Assembly (NCBI RefSeq): GCF_000021865.1
Contig: NC_014034.1
Coordinates: 3,690,001-3,722,000, forward strand
Source: Rhodobacter capsulatus SB 1003
GTDB taxonomy: Bacteria; Pseudomonadota; Alphaproteobacteria; Rhodobacterales; Rhodobacteraceae
Length of the DNA stretch: 32,000 nucleotides
Direction: 5' to 3'
Of this stretch, positions 1 through 6,851 are shown in pieces (the stretch's first letter is position 1; each line of letters starts with the position of its first letter). A model generated the notes under the pieces. That model made no database searches. It saw nothing but the letters and a program-made list of their open reading frames with translations, and was not told where the DNA came from. The position numbers and the translations under genes are program-made.

Positions 1-995
1 TTGCGCAGCACTTCCCGCGTCGTCTCGGAGACTTCGAAATTGACCTGCTCGCGGGTTTCCGAGGCCTGGCTTTGCGATTTTCCGCCATTCGCGGCATCGC
101 CCTGCGGCAGGTTCGAGGCCACGGTCACCGCACCCGGCTTGGTGTCGTCGGATTTCTCGGAGCGCTCCTGCGTCTCGGTCGAGATCGCCACCCGGCTGTC
201 GGGCTCGATCCGCTTTTCGGTGATCGCCTCGCGTTCGGTCACGGTCTGCACCGACACTTCGACCACGGCATTGCCATAGCCGACCCGCGCCTCCAGCAGC
301 CGCTCGACATTGCTGCGCAGCTCCTCGGCCCGGTCGTTCGCGGCCGGGTTGAAGACGTCATCGCCGGTCGAAATCAGCCCCGCCACCGAATCGATGATCG
401 AGACATCATCGGGGCTCATCCCCTGCACCGCGGAAGACACAAGAAATTTCAAAGCCTTGGCATGGGTCGGCGAAAGCCCGCCCGAAGCCGTCGTCACGGT
501 GACCGAGGCGGTCGGATGGTTTTCCTTGCGGAAGGACTGCCCTGAAGGCGCGGCAATATGCACCCGCGCCGCCCGGATCATCGGATTGGCCACGATGGTC
601 CGGGCCAGTTCGCCCTCTTTCGCGCGCCAATAGGCGGCATCGAACATCTGCGAGGTGGTGCCAAAGCCCGACAGGCCGTCAAGCAGCTCATAGCCCGCCC
701 CGCCCGTCGCCGGCAGACCCTCGCCCGCCAGCGCCATCCGCAATTCGTCGCGCCGCGCGGCATCGACATAGATCGAATCGCCCCGCACCTCATAGGGAAC
801 CGCGCGGGCGTCCAGCGCGGCCACCACTTCCCCGGCACGCGCCCCTTCAAGACCCGCATAGAGAAGCGCCATGTCGGACCGGGAAGCGAAGCTCGACAGC
901 GCCAAGATCGCCGCAAACATGAGAATAGTCGCCCCGGCCACAAGCACGCGTCGCGTCGTGTCCAATCCTTGCCATACGGCCATCAACTGCTGCAA
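1..995 (-). CDS. fliF: Flagellar M-ring protein FliF, N-terminal ~330 codons (gene runs off the left edge)
   Basis: Absent from the supplied ORF track because it has no stop in the window. Manual translation of the minus strand from TTG at 995-993 (GGAGG 6 nt upstream) gives (M)QQLMAVWQGLDTTRRVLVAGATILMFAAILALSSFASRSDMALLYAGLEGARAGEVVAALDARAVPYEVRGDSIYVDAARRDELRMALAGEGLP...RAARVHIAAPSGQSFRKENHPTASVTV. The frame stays open to position 3. This is the typical FliF N-terminal TM segment plus ring-building region. An alternative ATG start lies at 983. Confidence 0.85.
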   Translation of the reverse strand, partial: MQQLMAVWQGLDTTRRVLVAGATILMFAAILALSSFASRSDMALLYAGLEGARAGEVVAALDARAVPYEVRGDSIYVDAARRDELRMALAGEGLPATGGAGYELLDGLSGFGTTSQMFDAAYWRAKEGELARTIVANPMIRAARVHIAAPSGQSFRKENHPTASVTVTTASGGLSPTHAKALKFLVSSAVQGMSPDDVSIIDSVAGLISTGDDVFNPAANDRAEELRSNVERLLEARVGYGNAVVEVSVQTVTEREAITEKRIEPDSRVAISTETQERSEKSDDTKPGAVTVASNLPQGDAANGGKSQSQASETREQVNFEVSETTREVLR

Positions 996-1057
996 GACGC
1001 ACCTCCATCGAGCGGACTTCTGCCCCGTCGTCCTGCGCATCTTTCTCCGATCGCCCT

Positions 1058-1072
1058 TAACAATCGGTTAGT
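1058..1072. promoter_or_regulatory. CtrA-box-like site TTAA-N7-TTAG in the fliF/fliL divergent intergenic region
   Basis: Sequence TTAACAATCGGTTAG matches 7 of the 8 specified bases of the alphaproteobacterial CtrA consensus TTAA-N7-TTAA. It lies 47-61 nt upstream of the fliL ATG and about 63-77 nt upstream of the fliF TTG. Sequence match only. Confidence 0.4.
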
Positions 1073-1118
1073 GGGTCCAAGGGTATAGCAGGATGGATCG
1101 AAGAAATCGGGGACCGCC

Positions 1119-1613
1119 ATGGCCGAGCCAGAAGCTGAAGGCGAAGAAGCGCCAAAGAAGAAATCGAAACTGCCGATTCTGATCGGGCTGGTGCTGATGC
1201 TCCTGCTCGGCGGGGGGGCTTTTTACGCCGTCTACTCCGGCATGATCCTTGCACCGGCCCATCCGGAGGGCGCCGAGGCCGCCGCCGAGGAAGAGCATCC
1301 CGAGGCGACCGAGCCGCAGATCGCCTTTGTCGCGCTTGATCCGATGGTGATTTCGCTGACCGAGGGCAAGGCGCGGCATCTGCGGTTTTCCGCCCAGCTT
1401 GAAGTGCCGCTGCTGAAGCAAAAAGAGGTCGAGCTGCTCAAGCCGCGCGTGATGGATGTTCTGAACGGCTTCCTGCGCGCGGTCGAGGTGAGGGATCTCG
1501 AAGACCCCGCCGCGCTGTTGCGGCTGCGCGCGCAGATGCTGCGCCGGGTCCAGATCGTGGTCGGCGAGGGCATGGTGAACGACCTGCTCGTGATCGAATT
1601 CGTGATGAACTAG
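1119..1613 (+). CDS. fliL: Flagellar basal-body-associated protein FliL (paralog 1, 164 aa)
   Basis: N-terminal basic stretch plus one TM (KKKSKLPILIGLVLMLLLGGGAFYAV), an acidic linker, then a FliL-type domain (IAFVALDPMVISL...RHLRFSAQLEV...LKPRVMDVLNGFLRAVEVRDLEDP). Divergent from fliF. Confidence 0.85.
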   Translation: MAEPEAEGEEAPKKKSKLPILIGLVLMLLLGGGAFYAVYSGMILAPAHPEGAEAAAEEEHPEATEPQIAFVALDPMVISLTEGKARHLRFSAQLEVPLLKQKEVELLKPRVMDVLNGFLRAVEVRDLEDPAALLRLRAQMLRRVQIVVGEGMVNDLLVIEFVMN

Positions 1614-1623
1614 GGAGAGAAAA

Positions 1624-2019
1624 ATGCAGATGATCGCAGATATTCTCATGGGTTTGGGCGCATTGGGGGCCAGCGTCTACTGCATGGTTCTGGCCCGCAG
1701 GCTGAAGCGGTTCAACCAGCTGGAAAGCGGCATGGGCGGGGCCATCGCGGTGCTCTCGGCCCAGGTCGACGACATGACCAAGGCGCTCAACCGGGCCCAG
1801 GCAACGGCGGCGACCTCGGCGGAGCAATTGCGCAGCCTGACCGAACGCGCCGAGCAGAGCGCGCAGCGGCTGGAACTGCTGATGGCGATGTCGCAGGCCG
1901 CGGCCACGCCGACGGCAGCCCCGGCGGCGCCCGCGGCGCCCCTGCCGGAGGCGGAACCGCAACGCCAGCGCGTGCTGCGCCGCCGGGTGCGTCCGTCCGA
2001 TCTGGAGGCCGCCGAATGA
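1624..2019 (+). CDS. Small membrane-anchored coiled-coil protein of unknown function in the flagellar operon (131 aa)
   Basis: N-terminal TM (IADILMGLGALGASVYCMVLA), then a heptad-like helical segment (LSAQVDDMTKALNRAQATAATSAEQLRSLTERAEQSAQRLELL) and a Pro/Ala tail. Starts 10 nt after the fliL stop behind GGGAGAG. Its stop overlaps the next gene's ATG (ATGA). From memory it resembles the family annotated DUF6468 next to fliL in Rhodobacterales; unverified. Confidence 0.7.
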   Translation: MQMIADILMGLGALGASVYCMVLARRLKRFNQLESGMGGAIAVLSAQVDDMTKALNRAQATAATSAEQLRSLTERAEQSAQRLELLMAMSQAAATPTAAPAAPAAPLPEAEPQRQRVLRRRVRPSDLEAAE

Positions 2020-2636
2020 AGACGCCCCGTCCGGCGCCCGCGCCCGCCCCCGCGCCCAAACCCGCGGCCCGCAAACCGCGCAGGCGGATCGGCCGCGGCT
2101 CTCTCGTGCTGATCGCGGCGCTGTTCGCGGCCTCGGGCCTGGTGCGATTCGGCTCGGGCTTCGCGCTTGCGCTCGACAGCGCCGAGGCCACGCCCGCCGC
2201 GGCCGAAACCGCGGAATGCGTCACCGAACCCGGGGTGATGCAGCTTTATTCCGAGGTTCAGACCCGGGAACGCAAGCTGGCCGAGCGCGAAAAGGTGCTG
2301 TCGGACCGGTCGCAGGCGATCACCCTGGCGGAAAAGCGCATCGAGGCGCGACTCGCCTCGCTGGTCGAGGCGGAGCAGAATCTGGCGCAGACCGTGACCA
2401 TTGCGGACAAGGCGGCTGACGAAGATGTGACCAGGCTGGTGACCGTCTACGAGAACATGAAACCGAAGGACGCAGCGCCGCTGTTTTCGGCGATGTCCCC
2501 TGATTTTGCGGCCGGATTCCTGTCGCGGATGCGGCCGGAGACCTCTGCGGCGGTGATGGCGGCCCTGGATCCGAAGGTCGCCTATACGATCAGCGTGATC
2601 ATGGCCGGTCGCAATGCCGGGGCCCCGCAAAACTGA
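2016..2636 (+). CDS. MotE/FlbB-like flagellar protein (MgtE_N-type helical domain, 206 aa)
   Basis: Basic N-terminus plus TM (RRRIGRGSLVLIAALFAASGLV), a coiled coil, then the signature C-terminal segment VTRLVTVYENMKPKDAAPLFSAMSPDFAAGFLSRMRPETSAAVMAALDPKVAYTISV, typical of MotE/FlbB (MgtE intracellular N-domain fold). Flagellar context. Confidence 0.75.
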   Translation: MKTPRPAPAPAPAPKPAARKPRRRIGRGSLVLIAALFAASGLVRFGSGFALALDSAEATPAAAETAECVTEPGVMQLYSEVQTRERKLAEREKVLSDRSQAITLAEKRIEARLASLVEAEQNLAQTVTIADKAADEDVTRLVTVYENMKPKDAAPLFSAMSPDFAAGFLSRMRPETSAAVMAALDPKVAYTISVIMAGRNAGAPQN

Positions 2637-2698
2637 CTTTGAAGAGCTTTTGTTAAGCGAACTCTGCCAGTGTCTCGGCAAGAGCATGGAGAACGTCA

Positions 2699-3568
2699 AT
2701 GATAGGCATCGTCGGGATCGTCATCATCTTCGCAATGGTGTTCGGCGGATATGTCGCCGCAGGCGGCAAGATGGGGATCATCCTCAAGGCCCTGCCGTTC
2801 GAGATGATCATGATCGGCGGGGCGGCGGTCGGCGCCTTCGTGCTGTCCAACGACCTGCCCTCGATCAAGCACACGGTGAAGGACATCGGCAAGGTCTTCA
2901 AGGGCGCGAAGTGGAAACCCTCCGATTACCGCGACCTGCTGTGCCTGCTGTTCGAACTGATCCGGCTGGCGCGACAGAACCCGGTCGCCATCGAAGAACA
3001 TATCGAAGCGCCCGAGAATTCGTCGATCTTCGGGAAATATCCGAAAATCCTGCACGATCACGAAGCGGTCGAGATGATCTGCGACACGATGCGGTCGGCC
3101 TCGATGAACTACGACGACCCCCATCAGGTCGAGGAAGTGCTCGAAAAGCAGCTCGAGGCGAATTATCACCACGCCATGCATTCGAGCCATGCGATGCAGT
3201 CGATCGCCGATGCCATGCCCGCGCTCGGCATCGTCGCCGCCGTGCTGGGCGTGATCAAGACCATGGCCTCGATCGACCAGCCGCCGGAAATCCTCGGCAA
3301 GATGATCGGCGGCGCGCTGGTCGGAACCTTCCTCGGCGTGTTTCTGGCCTATGGCTTCATCGGCCCCTTCGCCACCCGCATCAAGGCGGTGGTCGACGAG
3401 GACGCGCATTTCTACAAGCTGATCCGCGAGGTGCTGGTGGCCAACCTGCACAACCACGCGACCAACATCTGCATCGAAGTCGGGCGTCAGAACACCCCGC
3501 ATCACATCCGCCCCAGTTTCTCGGAGCTCGAAGAGGCGCTCAAGGCGGTGAAATCGGAGGCGGCATGA
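2699..3568 (+). CDS. motA: Flagellar stator protein MotA (289 aa)
   Basis: MIGIVGIVIIFAMVFGGYVAAGGKMGIILKALPFEMIMIGGAAVGAF aligns by eye with the E. coli MotA N-terminus. C-terminal TM3/TM4 region ALGIVAAVLGVIKTM...GGALVGTFLGVFLAYGF is typical of the MotA/TolQ/ExbB family. Confidence 0.95.
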   Translation: MIGIVGIVIIFAMVFGGYVAAGGKMGIILKALPFEMIMIGGAAVGAFVLSNDLPSIKHTVKDIGKVFKGAKWKPSDYRDLLCLLFELIRLARQNPVAIEEHIEAPENSSIFGKYPKILHDHEAVEMICDTMRSASMNYDDPHQVEEVLEKQLEANYHHAMHSSHAMQSIADAMPALGIVAAVLGVIKTMASIDQPPEILGKMIGGALVGTFLGVFLAYGFIGPFATRIKAVVDEDAHFYKLIREVLVANLHNHATNICIEVGRQNTPHHIRPSFSELEEALKAVKSEAA

Positions 3569-5814
3569 CCCGGTTCATCCTCACGCTCGGGGTGATCCTG
3601 CTTGCGGGGGCCCCGGCGGCGGCGCAACAGATCGCCGTCCGCTCGGGCGAGCACGAGACCTTCTCCCGTCTGGTCTTCATGTTGCCGCCCGGAACCGCCT
3701 GGACCACCGAACGCGTGGCGGGCGGGTATCGGCTGACAACCCCCGGACAGGAAACCCGGTTCGACCTCTCCCGGGTCTTCGATCTGATCCCGAAAACGCG
3801 CATCCTTTCGGTGACCCCCGATGTCGATGCGCGCTCGGTCTTCATCGAGACGCCGCCCTCGGTGCATCTTGAATCCTTCCCGCTGGCGATCGGGGCGGCG
3901 GTGATCGACATCGTCGACGGTCCGGAAACGACCCCTCCGATCGCGGTGACACCGCCGGCGCAAAGCTTCCGGCCGCGTCCCAATCGCGGCTATCTCGATC
4001 TTTACTGGTCGAAACCGGCCCCGCAGGCCCCGGCCGCGGATCCCGCGCCCGAAACCGCCGCGGCCCCGCCCGCACCCGTCGTCTCTCCGCTCGCCCTGCC
4101 GGATCGGCGGGTGAGCACGGCAGAGCGCGATCTTGTCGATCAACTGGGACGGGCGGCCTCGCAGGGGCTGATCACGATGGAATTGCCGAAGTCGGCGCCA
4201 AAGGACGAAGCCGCGCCCGGAGCGTCGGCCGACCCCGAACAGGCCGCGCCGCCGGAGGACAGCGCGAGGACGCTGGCGCTGCAATCGGAAACGGTGATCG
4301 ACCGCGACACCGCCGCCGCCTTTGCCCGGCATCAGCTCTCCGAATCCGGTCACAGCTGTCCGCCCGATCAGGATTTCGACATCCTGTCCTGGCAGACCGA
4401 CAAACCGGCGCATGAACAACTGACCGATGCGCGACGGGATCTGATCGGGGAATTCGACCGTCCCCGGCCCGAAGCGGTGCTGAACCTGGCCCGGGTCTAT
4501 GTCGCCTTCGGCTTTGGCGCCGAAGCCAAGGCGACCCTGCGCAGCTTCGGCATCAGCCCCGAAGAGGCGGGCCCGCTGCCGATCCTGGCCGACATCATCG
4601 AGGGAAATCCGCATGCGATGGCTGACACCCTGTCGGGCCTGACCGCTTGCGACGGCAAGGTGGCGCTTTGGGCGGTGCTGGCGCAGGATCCGCCGCCGCG
4701 CAAGGAAGACGTGAACTTCGGCGCCGTGCTGCGCGCCTATTCCGCCCTGCCCCCGAATATCCGCGGCCTTGTCGGCCCCGCGCTCAGCACCCGGCTGATC
4801 GACATGGGGGCGCCGGATGTGGCGGCGACGGTCCGCTCGATGCTGGCCCGCGCGCCGAAGACCGACCGGCGGGCGCTTGCCGAAATCGATGCCCGGATCG
4901 ATCTGAGTGCCGGTCGCAAGGAAGAGGCGGCGCGGCTGCTGGACGGGTTGGCGCTCTCGGCCAGCCCGGCCGCGGCCGAGGCGCTGTCCACCGCGATCGA
5001 GACGAAGCTGTCGCTCGGCGTCGCAATTCCCGCGACCGATGTCGACAATGCGGGCGCCCTGGGGCGGCAGCTGCGCGGCTCGGAAACCGGCGCAAGGCTG
5101 ATTCGCGCCGAAGTGCTCGGGCTTGGGTCGACGGCGCGGTTCGACGAGGCGTTCCGTACCCTCTCGAATTGGGATGCGCCGCAATTCGACGCGCTGAAGC
5201 AATCCACGCAAAGCGATCTTGCCGACCAGCTGGGCAAGGTTCCGGACGACGCGCTGTTCATCGAGACCTTTTTCCGGCATCGCGACAAGATCCCCGCGGC
5301 ACAGCTGGAGGCCCGCGTGCAGGTGGCCTTGGCCGACCGGCTCTCGGCGACGGGGTTCTGGCAATCGGCCCGCGACATCCTTTCGGCCGAGACCCGCCGC
5401 AGCCCCCCCGGCCGTCTCGCCCTGGCACGGGCGGCGCTGGCCGGTCGCGATGCGGCGGCGGCCTATTCCTATCTTGGCGATCTGCCCGGCGACGAAGCCG
5501 CAAAGCTGCGCGGCGAGGCGATGAGCATGCTGGGCCGACACAGCACCGCCGAGGGCGAATTCGCCGAGGCCGGGCAGACCGAGGCGCAGCTTGACGAAGC
5601 CTGGCGCGCGGGGAACTGGACGCTGGTCGCGCAGCAGGGGTCGGAGACGCAGAAACGATTCGTGGAGCTGTTCGCACCGGAAACCGCCCCGCCGGACGAT
5701 CCGCAGAATGTCGTGCCGCTGGGGCCGTTGTCGGCAGCGCAGCAGCTGATCAGCCAGAGCCAATCCGAACGGGAGGCTTTCGCCAAGCTGATGGAAGAGC
5801 TGAAAGCCCGCTGA
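3565..5814 (+). CDS. Secreted/periplasmic protein of unknown function, 749 aa, translationally coupled to motA
   Basis: This is the in-frame downstream part of the 1066-aa track ORF. The ATG at 3565 overlaps the motA TGA (ATGA). It has a signal-peptide-like start (MTRFILTLGVILLAGAPAAAQQ), a beta-rich N-domain, a Pro/Ala-rich linker (about residues 130-260) and a long Ala/Leu/Arg helical, TPR-like C-terminal region. High GC3 throughout. The portion 2614-3564 overlaps motA out of frame and is rejected. Confidence 0.8.
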   Translation: MTRFILTLGVILLAGAPAAAQQIAVRSGEHETFSRLVFMLPPGTAWTTERVAGGYRLTTPGQETRFDLSRVFDLIPKTRILSVTPDVDARSVFIETPPSVHLESFPLAIGAAVIDIVDGPETTPPIAVTPPAQSFRPRPNRGYLDLYWSKPAPQAPAADPAPETAAAPPAPVVSPLALPDRRVSTAERDLVDQLGRAASQGLITMELPKSAPKDEAAPGASADPEQAAPPEDSARTLALQSETVIDRDTAAAFARHQLSESGHSCPPDQDFDILSWQTDKPAHEQLTDARRDLIGEFDRPRPEAVLNLARVYVAFGFGAEAKATLRSFGISPEEAGPLPILADIIEGNPHAMADTLSGLTACDGKVALWAVLAQDPPPRKEDVNFGAVLRAYSALPPNIRGLVGPALSTRLIDMGAPDVAATVRSMLARAPKTDRRALAEIDARIDLSAGRKEEAARLLDGLALSASPAAAEALSTAIETKLSLGVAIPATDVDNAGALGRQLRGSETGARLIRAEVLGLGSTARFDEAFRTLSNWDAPQFDALKQSTQSDLADQLGKVPDDALFIETFFRHRDKIPAAQLEARVQVALADRLSATGFWQSARDILSAETRRSPPGRLALARAALAGRDAAAAYSYLGDLPGDEAAKLRGEAMSMLGRHSTAEGEFAEAGQTEAQLDEAWRAGNWTLVAQQGSETQKRFVELFAPETAPPDDPQNVVPLGPLSAAQQLISQSQSEREAFAKLMEELKAR

Positions 5815-5941
5815 TCCGCGCCGCACGGTTCCGGGGCGGATCGAATTGCCGCGCCCGGCCGTGCGGATCACCTCCGGACTTTCGGTCGCTCCGGCTCTGC
5901 GGTAGCTCTTCGGGCGACCGAAGCCCACCGGAGGGACCGCC

Positions 5942-6841
5942 ATGACGGCCATCACCCCAGAGCAGATCCGCACCGCCCGTGCCCGCAAGCCGCGCCTTTA
6001 TGCCCGCGATTTCGCCGAAGGGCTTGGCCTCCCCGAAGCCGCGCTTTGCGCCGCTTTCGTCGGCACCACCGCGACCCGGATTTCCGCCGATCCGAACCGG
6101 ATCCTGCCCGGCCTTGCCGCGCTGGGTCAGGTCATGGCGCTGACCCGCAATGACAGCTGCGTGCTGGAAAAGGTCGGCTGCTATGACGGCTATCAGCCCG
6201 GCAAGATCGCCCGGATCGTCAACCCGCCGATCGATCTGACGCTGCTCTGCGCGCAGTGGCAGCATGCTTTCGCGCTGGACGAGGCCGGACCGAAGGGGCC
6301 GAAACGCTCGATCCAGATCTTCGATGCCGCGGGCGAGGCGGTGCACAAGATCCACCTGCGCGACGAGTCGACGGCCGAGGCCTGGGCGCCGCTGGTCGCT
6401 GCGCTGCGGCTGGAGGATCAAGGCCAGGAGTTCACGCCCGCGCCCACCGATCCGGCCGCCGATCTCTGGTCGGATCTGAGCCGGGTCCCCCCCCTGCGCG
6501 AGGGCCAGATCGCGGCGCGTCGGCTGGCCAAAGGCGCGATCGAGCGGCTGATGGTCCGGGCCGCCGAAACCGCCGTGCCGGTGGATTTCGCGGTCGGCAA
6601 CCCCGGCTGCATCGAGCGGCATTCGGGCGTGATCGTCCGGGTGCTGGAGGCCGGGCCCTGGATCAACGTCCTCGATCCGGGGCTGGAGCTGCATCTGCGC
6701 ATGGACCACATGGTCGAAATCTGGGCGCATCCCGATGGCACGGTCGATGCCTTTGGCGAAGCCGATCAGCTGATCGTGCGGATGTCCGGGGCGGAGGGCT
6801 GGGCCGATCTGCTGGCGGCCGAGGGCGATGTCCAGCCCTGA
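5942..6841 (+). CDS. HemS/ChuS/ChuX-family hemin-binding/degrading protein (299 aa)
   Basis: Two-lobed similarity by eye to ChuS/HemS. N-lobe: RLYARDFAEGLGLPEAAL...RSIQIFDAAGEAVHKIHL. C-lobe: VGNPGCIERHSGVIVRVLEAGPWINVLDPGLELHLRMDHMVEIW. GGAGGG lies 5 nt upstream of the ATG. Confidence 0.8.
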   Translation: MTAITPEQIRTARARKPRLYARDFAEGLGLPEAALCAAFVGTTATRISADPNRILPGLAALGQVMALTRNDSCVLEKVGCYDGYQPGKIARIVNPPIDLTLLCAQWQHAFALDEAGPKGPKRSIQIFDAAGEAVHKIHLRDESTAEAWAPLVAALRLEDQGQEFTPAPTDPAADLWSDLSRVPPLREGQIAARRLAKGAIERLMVRAAETAVPVDFAVGNPGCIERHSGVIVRVLEAGPWINVLDPGLELHLRMDHMVEIWAHPDGTVDAFGEADQLIVRMSGAEGWADLLAAEGDVQP

Positions 6842-6851
6842 ACCTCAGGGC
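6835..6851. other. 17-nt palindrome GCCCTGA-ACC-TCAGGGC containing the stop codons of both convergent genes
   Basis: The plus-strand TGA (6839-6841) of the HemS-like gene and the minus-strand TGA (complement of 6845-6847) of hemW sit in the two arms of a 7-bp stem with a 3-nt loop. Read directly from the sequence. Confidence 0.6.

Noticed and set aside
2614-3564. N-terminal 317 codons of the 1066-aa plus-strand track ORF.
   Set aside because: This part overlaps motA in another frame and translates to Arg/Asp/His/Pro-rich nonsense. The real start is the ATG at 3565, which overlaps the motA stop and yields a signal peptide.
3502-5988. 828-aa minus-strand ORF.
   Set aside because: It is antisense to the 749-aa motA-coupled gene. 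Composition is dominated by Arg/Gly/Pro, and it has no start context or family resemblance. The plus-strand frame has a signal peptide, domain-like organisation and operon coupling.
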